From an uncultured Methanomicrobiaceae archaeon (GTDB lineage Archaea; Halobacteriota; Methanomicrobia; Methanomicrobiales; Methanoculleaceae), in contig CAWGXH010000003.1 in the NCBI GenBank assembly GCA_963826525.1, positions 416,001 through 480,000 of the forward strand: a stretch of 64,000 bases of DNA. Reading direction: 5' to 3'. The notes beneath the pieces are model-generated. The model made no database searches. It saw nothing but the letters and a program-made list of their open reading frames with translations, and was not told where the DNA came from. Shown in pieces: positions 32,796 to 42,042 of the stretch (position 1 is its first letter; every line of letters starts with the position of its first letter). A program made the position numbers and the translations under genes.

Positions 32796-34230
32796 GTCGC
32801 TCCGGTGCGCCCTTCAGTTCACGGGGGTGTCTGCCGGCTCTGAAGTGTTCTTCGATCTCTTCGAGCGTGAGCCCTTTCGTCTCCGGCACCAGTCTTAAGA
32901 CGAAGATCCATGCAAAGATACCCACGAGTGCGTAGAGCCAGAAGACACCTGCCCGTCCCAGCGCTCCGACCAGTGTCAGGAACGTCAGGGTGATGAGAAA
33001 GTTCGCAGCCCAGTTGGCGATGGTTGCGACGCTCATGGCACGGCCCCGTACATTGAGCGGGTAAATCTCGGAGATCAGCAGCCAGAACACCGGTCCGAGG
33101 CCGATGGCAAATGAGACGACGTATGCCATCAGGCCGATCGCGGTTATCAGCCCGAGGAGAGTACTCCCCTGAACGGTTCCGCCGAAAGCGAACCCCGCCC
33201 CGAGCAGGGCGAGGCTCGCGACCATGCCGCCGATGCCCACGAGGAGAAGTGGACGGCGCCCGGCCCGGTCCACGAGCACGATGGCGGCAACGGTCCCGAG
33301 GACGTTCACGACACCGACGCCTGCAGTCGCTGCGATCGAGGCACCGGCCGAGTGCAGTCCGGCAAACTGGAAGATGGTCGGGGCGTAATAGATGACGGTA
33401 TTGATACCGGTGAACTGCTGCAGGACGGCCAGGCCGAGACCGACGATCAGGGGCATTCTCATCGACGATGCCAGCAGGTCCGACCAGCTCCCGGCTTTCT
33501 GTACCTTGACCGCTCGCTCGATCTCGTCAAGCTCGTTCGATACGTCCCGGGTTCCGCGGATCTTCCGGAGAACGCCGGTTGCCCGATCGGAGTGATTATG
33601 GGAGACGAGCCACCGGGGACTGCCCGGGAGCAGGAACATCCCGACGAGGAGGACGGTGGCCGGCACTGCACCGAATGCAAACATGGCGCGCCAGTCGCCG
33701 CTTGCGGAGAAGAGGTAATCGACTCCGTACGAGACGAGGATCCCGATGGTGATGAAGAGCTGGTTGAGCGAGACCATGCCGCCGCGGAGCGCCGGAGGCG
33801 CAAGCTCCGATATGTAGAGAGGAACGACGAACGATGCGACACCGATGGCCATGCCTATCAGCACGCGGCCGACGAGGAAGATGGGCAGGCCCCCGGCAAT
33901 GACGACGATCGCCGTGCCTGCGAGGAACACGGCCGATGCAGCGATGATCGAGGGGCGCCGCCCAATCCTGTCGGCAAGGAGACCCCCGGCTATCGCACCC
34001 AGAATTGCGCCGACGAGCACCGAGCTGGTCGCGATCTCTTCCAGGGTCGGCGAGAGGCCGAAGTCCCCGGTGATGAAGAGGATCGCTCCCGAAATGACCC
34101 CTGTGTCGTACCCGAAGAGGATCCCGCCGATGGCCGCTATTGCAACGGCAATGTAGATGAACGGCGTGAGACCGGATCTCTTCGGCTCTCCGCCCTGTGC
34201 TTTCATGCTCCACCTTCTCCTTGATTTCAA
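32788..34230 (-). CDS. Sugar porter family MFS transporter (GalP/XylE-like)
   Basis: GGILFGYDTGVISGA, DRIGRR, YISELAP...RG, QQFTGINTVIYYAP, PETKG. Confidence 0.95.
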   Translation of the reverse strand: MKSRRRWSMKAQGGEPKRSGLTPFIYIAVAIAAIGGILFGYDTGVISGAILFITGDFGLSPTLEEIATSSVLVGAILGAIAGGLLADRIGRRPSIIAASAVFLAGTAIVVIAGGLPIFLVGRVLIGMAIGVASFVVPLYISELAPPALRGGMVSLNQLFITIGILVSYGVDYLFSASGDWRAMFAFGAVPATVLLVGMFLLPGSPRWLVSHNHSDRATGVLRKIRGTRDVSNELDEIERAVKVQKAGSWSDLLASSMRMPLIVGLGLAVLQQFTGINTVIYYAPTIFQFAGLHSAGASIAATAGVGVVNVLGTVAAIVLVDRAGRRPLLLVGIGGMVASLALLGAGFAFGGTVQGSTLLGLITAIGLMAYVVSFAIGLGPVFWLLISEIYPLNVRGRAMSVATIANWAANFLITLTFLTLVGALGRAGVFWLYALVGIFAWIFVLRLVPETKGLTLEEIEEHFRAGRHPRELKGAPERRD

Positions 34231-34424
34231 GCGGCCCTGTTCCGAAAGGCTCCCTCACCGTCAGGCAGGACCGATACAATCACACGGCAAACACACCATT
34301 GCCCCTCAGAATATGCATCGTGCGATCTACTGTCTCTCATCAGGTGACTGGTGCTGTGTCCGTGGAGACATAAAGATAGTGGTGCGCCGGACTTTGCATC
34401 TCATAAGTACCTATTTTTCAAGAC

Positions 34425-34516
34425 TTTAGGGGCACCCCATACTTTCGGTGCAAGAATTGTGCTTTAGGTGCAGAGCTCGTTGTTTAGGTGCAGAATTGGC
34501 TTTAGGTGCAAAGCCG
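34425..34516 (+). repeat. Five TTTAGGTGCA-type sites at 18-20 bp spacing
   Basis: Sites at 34425, 34443, 34463, 34483 and 34501; the last 33 bp recur at 36006-36040. Confidence 0.85.
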
Positions 34517-34660
34517 AACCGTGCTTTCATTTCTCATTAAAAATATCTGGGCTTCCCCTTTCTCATCGCCCTGTAAGGTGGTTGCAACCATGTCGGATGT
34601 TGAAAGGTTCGGCCTATTCTACGAAGGATTGTCTACGCCTCGATAAACACCCGGTAACCC

Positions 34661-35247
34661 CTATGTCAGCGGCGTGACCTGTATCTGTTTCGAAAGGTTG
34701 TAGGCGGTCGAAAGATCGCTCTCATTATACACGAGCACCCTTCCCTCGACGAGTAATCTATTGTCCGAAGCGGCCAATTGCGTCAGTCCCGTTGGTACAG
34801 TCCCCTTCCAACCCGGTCCGGTGATGAGATAGGAACCCGCCTGGGTGCCGGTGGTGCGTTGGCCGACATAGAAGGGGTCACCCCAGGGGTCGACGAACTC
34901 TACACTATAGTATCGTCCATCCATGTCCGGCACGTGCAAGACCTGCGGCCCTTTGCTCAAATCGAGCACGCCGATAGTGTAGAGCACGTCGTGGTTTGCG
35001 CCTGCCACGTTGTTGTGGGTGGATGGGGAAGCGAGAGTTGTCAAGGTGTAAAGCGTATTGACAGGGATGCCGGTGGAATTCGGCGTTGCTCCGAAGCCGT
35101 TATCGATAATCGAGTTTTCCCATGTGGTGTAAATGATATGGGGATAATAGTAGATGTAGAGGGGGGTGCCTATTGCCAGGTACCGATGAGCACTGTCACG
35201 GCGAACAGGCGTCGATTCTTGTGTTTATTACTTTTACTATCCGGCAT
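34661..35247 (-). CDS. DUF1254 domain protein; indel near 35170
   Basis: N.DVLY..G.LDLSKGPQVLHVPDMDGRYYS...DPW...G.R..G...G.YLITGPGWKG. Confidence 0.8.
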
Positions 35248-35861
35248 CAGCGCACCTCCACGACCGGCGGCACCTGGTACGTACCATTCAGGATCGCCTG
35301 GCCGGGCAGGTAGGCGCGAAGCCACAGTCTGAAGTTGCCGGAGGGTGCCGGCAGCCAGTTTGACTCGTTGCCGGATGGAGGTGCGTTTTGTATGGTGATG
35401 TCAACGGACCCGTCAGTGTTCGGCACAAGGTCCGAATATGTACCGACGTTATAGCGGTTTATCGAATTGTTCACCATATGATTGGTTAAGTCGGTCATTG
35501 TCAGCGACCAGAAGGCATCGCTGGGAGGGAGCCCTCCGGCCGGGAAGTGCAACAAATAGTTATGTGTTCCGTTCAGCCTGGCTCCCGTGCTGTCCACGGT
35601 TGTCGTCCAGTACACCGCCTCCTCCGCCACGTTGGCGCCGGGAAGGACCTGGGAGAACGCTGCCCGTGAGAGTATGTTGCCGTCCCATTTCCCGTAATCC
35701 AAGGTGGTGCTCCAGCCATTGAGCGTGATTTCCATGGTGTGTGCCTCAATGTAAATGAGCGTGCCTCCAAGGCCGAATGATGCCAGCACCGCCCCCACGA
35801 TAATTCCGAGCACTATCACGCCGATGATTTTTATTTTACTCATTGACTCCGCCACCGTCAT
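35247..35861 (-). CDS. DUF1214 domain protein
   Basis: N..EEAVY...DSTGARLNG...Y.LHF....PP..AFWSLT, DGSVDITIQ, NWLPAP, LRAYLP. Confidence 0.88.
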   Translation of the reverse strand: MTVAESMSKIKIIGVIVLGIIVGAVLASFGLGGTLIYIEAHTMEITLNGWSTTLDYGKWDGNILSRAAFSQVLPGANVAEEAVYWTTTVDSTGARLNGTHNYLLHFPAGGLPPSDAFWSLTMTDLTNHMVNNSINRYNVGTYSDLVPNTDGSVDITIQNAPPSGNESNWLPAPSGNFRLWLRAYLPGQAILNGTYQVPPVVEVR

Positions 35862-35968
35862 ATATTCGGTCGCTGTTATAACGGGATTTGTATTACATAA
35901 ACTTGAGGATACTATTTATCCCCCTAATATCGTGGATCTCATTTGAACCGAGCTTCTGTCAAAGTGAC

Positions 35969-36040
35969 TTTATGTGCAAAGCCCAAAAGGCAGTATATCA
36001 AGACGTTAGGTGCAGAATTGGGACTTTAGGTGCAAAGCCG
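35969..36040 (+). repeat. Three TTTA(G/T)GTGCA-type sites; direct repeat of 34484-34516
   Basis: TTAGGTGCAGAATTGG(GA)CTTTAGGTGCAAAGCCG. Confidence 0.85.
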
Positions 36041-36226
36041 GTGCGCCGTACTCCGCAGATTGCCTGCTCGAAGCAGCTGCAGTGAGGAGCCCGTGGCTGG
36101 AAAGGCCCTCGTGCCCCGCCGACCGGGAGACCATCATTCCCGTCTCTGCCCGACTTCCGTAGCAGGGCCGTGCAGGGCGATTGTGCGGGAATCAGGGAAA
36201 TATATTTATGCCACCATAGAAATGAC

Positions 36227-36415
36227 GTGGACTTTCATCGTCTCTCCGGACAGCGGTGGCGTATTCTCGGCGTGGGTAGTCTCGGCATCCTCGTCATTCT
36301 TGCTGCTATGGCGAACCCGCTCATCGCACTTATATCGCTGATGATTCTGGTGACCGTCGGCGTACTGCTGATCACGCTTACGGTGATCAGGATGCTTTCA
36401 GCATCCCGGCAGTAA
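36227..36415 (+). CDS. 62-aa two-TM membrane protein, paralogue of 37694-37882
   Basis: GTG start MDFHRLSGQRWRILGVGSLGILVILAA; upstream promoter shared with the paralogue. Confidence 0.6.
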   Translation: MDFHRLSGQRWRILGVGSLGILVILAAMANPLIALISLMILVTVGVLLITLTVIRMLSASRQ

Positions 36416-36471
36416 AACCAGCGAAGGGGTATCGTCAAAAAATGTGGCGGTGAGGGGATCCGGGTATGCCT

Positions 36472-37413
36472 TCACGCTCCCGCTGTGACGACGAAGGTTC
36501 CGGTCATGATGGTCGGGTGGACGTCGCACCGGAAGAAGTAGTTGCCGGGCGTACTCGGTGCGGTGAAGGTGTACTTGATCGTGGCCGGGCCGGTGATGAT
36601 CTGCCCCGTGAAGATGGCGTTCTGGGCGGCGGGGGTATCGTAGACCGCAAAGTTGTGCGGAATGCCCGAATCCTCGTTGTCGAAGTCCACCGTCACGTTT
36701 GCCCCCGCGGGCACCGTGATCGTGCTCGTGTTAAACGCGATGTTCTTTGCGATCAGCCCGACGGTCACGCTCAGACCCCTGCTCGTCATGTTCTGCGTCT
36801 GGTTCTGCGCCTGTCCGGTTACGTTGACGCCCGGTGGGATCAGCACTGCATCGATGGTGTGAACGATCCCGTTGCTTGCGTTGGTATCGGCCTGGACGAC
36901 CGTTGCATTGTCGATCATGAGCGTGCCGTTCTGCACGGTCACGGTCAGGTTCTGCCCGGAAAGCGTCTGCAGCATGGTCATATTGGTCATATTCTGCGTG
37001 GCGTTCGAGGTCGCGTTGGACCCGGTCATGTTCATGAGATCTGCGGTCGTGTACGTGCCCTGAACCACGTGGAACCTGAGGATCTCGCTCAGCATGGTCG
37101 TGTTGTTCAGGAGCCGGCTCACGGTCTGGTTGCCGAGATCGTCGAATGCCTGATTGTCGGGCGCGAAGACCGTGTACGGTCCCGTGCCGTTCAGTTCTTC
37201 GGTCAGGTTTGCCGCCCGAATCGCCGTTGCCAGAGTGGATAGATTCCCATTCTGCTCGATGACGCCGACGACCGTTATGTTGGGGGTCATATTCCCGGTC
37301 TGGTTCGCGGGACTCATCGTGGTATTCTGCTCCCCGACCGGCATCCCTATAACGGCAGCAGGGATCGCCAGCAGGAGCAGGGTGCACATGCTCATCCATA
37401 CGATATATTTCAT
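36472..37413 (-). CDS. Exported fasciclin (FAS1) + type-1 copper cupredoxin fusion
   Basis: Signal peptide; FAS1 motifs GPYTVFAPDNQAF and NGIVHTIDAVLIP; copper ligands PHNF...CDVHPTIM. Confidence 0.9.
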   Translation of the reverse strand: MKYIVWMSMCTLLLLAIPAAVIGMPVGEQNTTMSPANQTGNMTPNITVVGVIEQNGNLSTLATAIRAANLTEELNGTGPYTVFAPDNQAFDDLGNQTVSRLLNNTTMLSEILRFHVVQGTYTTADLMNMTGSNATSNATQNMTNMTMLQTLSGQNLTVTVQNGTLMIDNATVVQADTNASNGIVHTIDAVLIPPGVNVTGQAQNQTQNMTSRGLSVTVGLIAKNIAFNTSTITVPAGANVTVDFDNEDSGIPHNFAVYDTPAAQNAIFTGQIITGPATIKYTFTAPSTPGNYFFRCDVHPTIMTGTFVVTAGA

Positions 37414-37693
37414 AGACTTCCCTCCATGGGTGACCTGAGGGATTTTTGCAATAATATATAAATGTGATTATAATTCTCCGGCGCCGGGATAATCCGGCCG
37501 GGGAGCGCCTCGCACAATTGCGAAAGGAGGTATCCGGTAGGTGAAACTCGATTTTTCCCCGCAGAGGTGGAGGGCCCGGCGTGGTTCCCGGTGGATACCG
37601 GCTGCCTGTCGGAGGTCTTCAGGGAACGCAGCCCTGCTCCCATAACGCCTGTGCGGGAGTGAGGGAATATATTTAACCAGCCATAGGAATGCT

Positions 37694-37882
37694 ATGGATC
37701 TTTTTCACCTCGCCGGACGGCGATGGCGGCTCCTCGGGGCGGGAGTTCTGGGCATCTTCGTCGTTCTTGCCGCGATTGCATATCCGGGGATTGCACTCGG
37801 TTTATGTATTACCCTGGTTGGCCTTGCGACCGTGCTGGTGTCGCTTGCCATGACCGGAGTGCTGGAGAAGTCCCGGGAGTGA
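37694..37882 (+). CDS. 62-aa two-TM membrane protein
   Basis: MDLFHLAGRRWRLLGAGVLGIFVVLAA; TATA-like ATATATTTAA upstream. Confidence 0.6.
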   Translation: MDLFHLAGRRWRLLGAGVLGIFVVLAAIAYPGIALGLCITLVGLATVLVSLAMTGVLEKSRE

Positions 37883-38002
37883 AGGCTCCCCTACGCATTG
37901 ACTGCACGGGCGATCCTGCGGTGTCCTGCGGTGCGGTAAACCGCTCCTCATCCGAATGTCTCTCCTGCGTGGGAAGGGGGGGTGAGTCCGGGTGCCGGCC
38001 GG

Positions 38003-39634
38003 TTATACCGATGCTTCATCGGTGGGCTGGTAGGAGGTGTGCTTGAAGACGTACCAGATCAGCAGCCAGTTAAAGCCGATGATGATCCCCCAGACTGCAA
38101 GAATCTGCGGCATGGGTATGGGTGTGGGGAACGCCGTGCCGCCCGGCACCGGGATGAGCTCGTAGACCATCCAGGGAGACCGGGCTGATTCCCGTACAAA
38201 TCCCATCACCAGCACGATGGCCATCCCCAGGATGCCTGCGGTGAACGCCGCCGTGATCGACCCCCGGCTCAGGTAACCCCACTGCCCTTCTTTCGCCTCG
38301 CTGGTCAGTACGATCGTATCCAGCATGAGTATCGCGGCACCGATCGCCGCCATCACCCACAGGGCGACATATTTTGCCTCCATGGACCCTATCGGGTTGA
38401 TCCATGCTCCCGGTTCGGTGGAGTAGACCGAACCGAGCCACGCCGGCTGGATAAGGACGAAGGCGGCCACGAGAACGATCGCAAAGAACCCCCAGAACAT
38501 GGTTCGCAGGGTACGGTTTTCCGGCCGGGAGAGGAGCTGATCCCGCCTGCTGATGAAATAGGCAATGATGGTCAGAACGAGGCCGGAGAACAGCCCGACC
38601 ATAAAGAGCATCTCCCAGGCACGGGGGCCGTGCATGATCATAGCGAATGCACCGGGCGAGTTTTGCATGATGCTGGTCATGTACTGCTGCCCGAGGACGG
38701 GCTGCATGATCAGCCCCACCAGACCCCATAAGAGGCCGTAGGCCGCCACCCAGTCCCATTGCTTCTTCGAAGCGAAATCGTCTCTTCCCCGGTAGTGCAT
38801 CATCGCCATGGTTGCCGTCAGGAAACCGACAAACGATACTGCAGCAGCGAGCCGGTGAAACGTCAGCTGCCATAAGGTCGGGTTGTACCATGCCAGCAGC
38901 AGGTCGCCCGCTGCGATTGGAAACAGACCGGTGGTCGTATAGTCGATTGAGGGGATGTTCGGGGTCAGCATGCCGGAACCCATCATGGTGATGGCAATCA
39001 TCTGGAGGAAGGTGGCGACGGCAAAGGCGACGCCGACGAACAGATGCCATCCGGTGCTGATCCTGTCCCACCCGAACCACAAGATAAACATCAGCGTGAT
39101 GATCAGGCCGTAGAAGAGGAGATACGCGAAGAACGGCCACCACCATAGTTTGAATGCATTCATCGCGAATGTGGGAAAGAGCGCGATGAAGTACAGAATG
39201 GCTGCCGCTCCGAAGGTGCCGACCGCAGAGACGGTGATGATATTGAGGAGCGTGAGGGACCTCGCCAGGTTTTTGTAGCGCATCTTCTTATGCCGGTGGT
39301 AGAAGACGATCGTCGCCAGAATGATCCAGGACCCTCCTACGGCCAGATTCGCCAGGACGGTATGCGTCAGCAGGACGGCGGCTATGATGATCGAACGGCC
39401 GGAACCTCCCATATCGACCTCCTGGATCGGCAGGTTCGCCGGCTGCTCGACGGTTACCCCGGCAATCTGGTCCTGGAGCAGTTCGGTCGACGAGATAAGA
39501 CCGCCCTGCAGGGGTACGAATACCGTGGTCAGAATGATGAGGTAGACGACGACTGCGATAATGATCCCCCAGATGATCCTCAACCGAGGATTCTTTTCGA
39601 CATCGGTTCGCCCCGATTCTGCATTTCCCTCCAT
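38003..39634 (-). CDS. Cytochrome bd subunit I (CydA)-like membrane protein, degenerate paralogue (A')
   Basis: THTVLANL (H19-like), FHRL (H186-like), GSMEAK (M393-like), RESARSPW (ExGRxPW-like). Lacks the E99/E107 equivalents and the Q-loop KLAAxE. RBS GGAGGA before ATG 39634. Confidence 0.82.
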   Translation of the reverse strand: MEGNAESGRTDVEKNPRLRIIWGIIIAVVVYLIILTTVFVPLQGGLISSTELLQDQIAGVTVEQPANLPIQEVDMGGSGRSIIIAAVLLTHTVLANLAVGGSWIILATIVFYHRHKKMRYKNLARSLTLLNIITVSAVGTFGAAAILYFIALFPTFAMNAFKLWWWPFFAYLLFYGLIITLMFILWFGWDRISTGWHLFVGVAFAVATFLQMIAITMMGSGMLTPNIPSIDYTTTGLFPIAAGDLLLAWYNPTLWQLTFHRLAAAVSFVGFLTATMAMMHYRGRDDFASKKQWDWVAAYGLLWGLVGLIMQPVLGQQYMTSIMQNSPGAFAMIMHGPRAWEMLFMVGLFSGLVLTIIAYFISRRDQLLSRPENRTLRTMFWGFFAIVLVAAFVLIQPAWLGSVYSTEPGAWINPIGSMEAKYVALWVMAAIGAAILMLDTIVLTSEAKEGQWGYLSRGSITAAFTAGILGMAIVLVMGFVRESARSPWMVYELIPVPGGTAFPTPIPMPQILAVWGIIIGFNWLLIWYVFKHTSYQPTDEASV

Positions 39635-39835
39635 ACAACATCCTCCGTCAGGCATCCGGTATCCTGAATGTACTTCCCTGTATGTACCCCGTCCGGGGCC
39701 GGAATTCAGACATCTGCACACCTCTTCTCCCCTGTATTCGAGTCTCCGGCGCCTGAACGGATCGAAACGATCGGTCTCGGCCGGAAACGTGCGGGAGGTC
39801 CGGCAGAGTATCCACGGCGAGAGAGGGCAGGGAGA

Positions 39836-40050
39836 TCACACGCTGGTGTGCCCGTTCGAACGTGCGGAATACGCTCCTTCCACCGGACTGCAGTCTTCTT
39901 CGGTTCCGTCTTCATGGTCATGACCTCGATCAGAGTTGCGGGACAGCGGATCACGGTCAGGCCGAGCGCCCAGAACAGGTAGATCACCAGAATCATATAG
40001 CCGATGATCGCTCCCCACACGACGTAGAATCGGACTCTTCGTTCAGGCAT
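39836..40050 (-). CDS. Small single-TM protein between the CydA-like genes (3' end uncertain)
   Basis: MPERRVRFYVVWGAIIGYMILVIYLFWALGLT with an upstream GGTGA RBS. Confidence 0.5.
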
Positions 40051-40131
40051 CCGTCATCACCGCCGTATCTCCGTGCATATTCATCTCTCCTTGCTTTCTC
40101 TCCATACCCGGAGAGGGAGAAGTGCTCTGCA

Positions 40132-41785
40132 TCAGAGTTCCTCCTTCGTCTCCGGATGCTCTGCGGTCACCTTTGTTGTGAACCAGAATATTGCCCAGAT
40201 CAGGACAAGGATCACCCCCCAGATGACGAAGATCTGCGGCATCGGCACCGGCGTCGGGAATTGCTGCCCTCCGGGCACGGGCACGATATTATAGAACAGC
40301 CACGGCGATCTGCCCGACTCCCGCACGTAGCCCATCACGATGATGATCCACGAACCGAGCACCCCGGCCACCGCTCCCGCCCACCGCGACGAATGGGTTA
40401 TGGAGCCCCATTCGGACTCCAGCCGCCGGCCAAGGATGAGGGCATCGATCCCCAGCATGACCAGGCCAACGCCGATCAGGATGATCAGAGCGATAAATTT
40501 CCAGTACATGAAGCCGAGCGGGTTGATGATCGCGCTGACGTCATACTTGCTCGTCACGCCTCCAAGCCATGCGGGGTTGACGAGGAAGAAGCCGACGGCT
40601 GCGATGACGACGACGAACGCCCGGAAGAGTTGTCGTATTCTGCGATTCTCGGGTCGTCTCAGCACCCGATCCCGCCGCTCAATGTAGTAGACAAGCACAA
40701 AGAGGAGGAGGAATGTGAGCAGGGCGAGCATCATCAGCATCTCCCATGCCCGGGGTCCGTGTCATGATCATGCTGAACGCCTGCGGCTGTTTGGTGAAGA
40801 TGGTGAACATGTACCAGAGGCCGAACACAGGCTGGAAGACCAGTCCGAGCAGTCCCCAGAGGATGCCATACGACCCTGCCCAATCCCAGAACCGTTTCGA
40901 AGACGAATTTTTCTGGTCGTAGAAATGGAGCATGGCAAAGAACGCGATCATGAACCCGAAGAACGAGGCGGCGGCAGCCACGCGATGGAACTGGAGCGGC
41001 CATATGGTCGCGTTGAACCACCAGTTCATGTAATTTGCAAACGGCATGCAGAAGAAGCAGCTCGTCTCGTTGAGCCAGTTGATGCTGGTCGCCCCTGCGG
41101 CAGGCGTCAGCATCCCGGCGGCGATGGTGTCGATCAGTGTCGTCTGCAGAAAAACGTCGAGCGGGTAGAATACGGCGAGGACCATCGTCCATGCCGGTTT
41201 TATCTTGCCCCAGCTGAACCAGAGGGTGTAGAGGAAGAATATCTCGGCTCCGAAGGTGATCGCCTCTATGAAGAGCGGCCACCAGTAGATGTGGAACGCG
41301 TTGACGGCGAATGTCGGGAAGAGCGAGATGAAGAAGGTCATCCCCCCGATGGCGTAGGTTGCACCCGCAGAGAAGAGGATGACGTTGAAGAGCAGGAGAG
41401 ACCGTCCGAGGTGCAGGTACCGGGTCTGGCTGCTGAGGAACCACAGGGCGATCGTGGCGAGGATCACCCAACCCCCTCCCAGGTGCAGGTTGGCGAAGAC
41501 GACGTGGGAGAGCATGACGAAGGCGATGAAGATCGACCTCCCCGAACTTCCGAGATCCGTCAGTTGAATCGGCACCTGTTCCTCGTATGCCGGGTTCGCG
41601 GCCGCCAACTCGGTTGAAAAGATCGATGTCGAAGAGGTGAGCCCTCCCTGTTGAGGTACGATGTAGACGATGAGAATGATAAGGAAGATTGCCAATGCAG
41701 CGAGAAGTCCGTAGATCTTTCTCATATCGCCCCTCGGCTCAGCATCCGGGGGGGATTGCCCTGTATCCGTATACCCGTTGGACAT
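40132..41785 (-). CDS. Cytochrome bd subunit I (CydA)-like membrane protein, candidate catalytic paralogue; +1 indel near 40760
   Basis: SHVVFANL, PLFIEAITFGAEIFF (E99/E107-like), FHRV, GFMYWK, RESGRSPW; collinear with the paralogue at 38003. Confidence 0.85.
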
Positions 41786-42042
41786 GCTCCTCGGCGGCAG
41801 TCTACAGAGTTATGTCATAAAAACCTTTCTTCCGATCGTGCCGGGAACCTGTGCTTCTGCCGGACGGCCGGGTATTGTGGGAGAGAGATGCCGATGGGTT
41901 CATTCTGTACACGCACCGCTCTGCCTATGCCGTTCCGGTGCGTGGAACTCGTCTATCCGGGTGCCGCATGCCCCGGGCGGAACGGTGATTGAGTGGAAAA
42001 GAGAGGGTTACGGTTTCCCCTCAGCGATGTTCGTTTCGTCCA

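Noticed and set aside
29695-34279. Long antisense and alternative-frame ORFs (also 45843-47303, 50445-51743, 58786-60141)
   Set aside because: GC-rich shadows of well-supported genes on the opposite strand or frame
38003-41785. Canonical cydAB quinol oxidase
   Set aside because: No CydB, no quinol-binding motif and no cydDC in the window, so the genes were called CydA-like only
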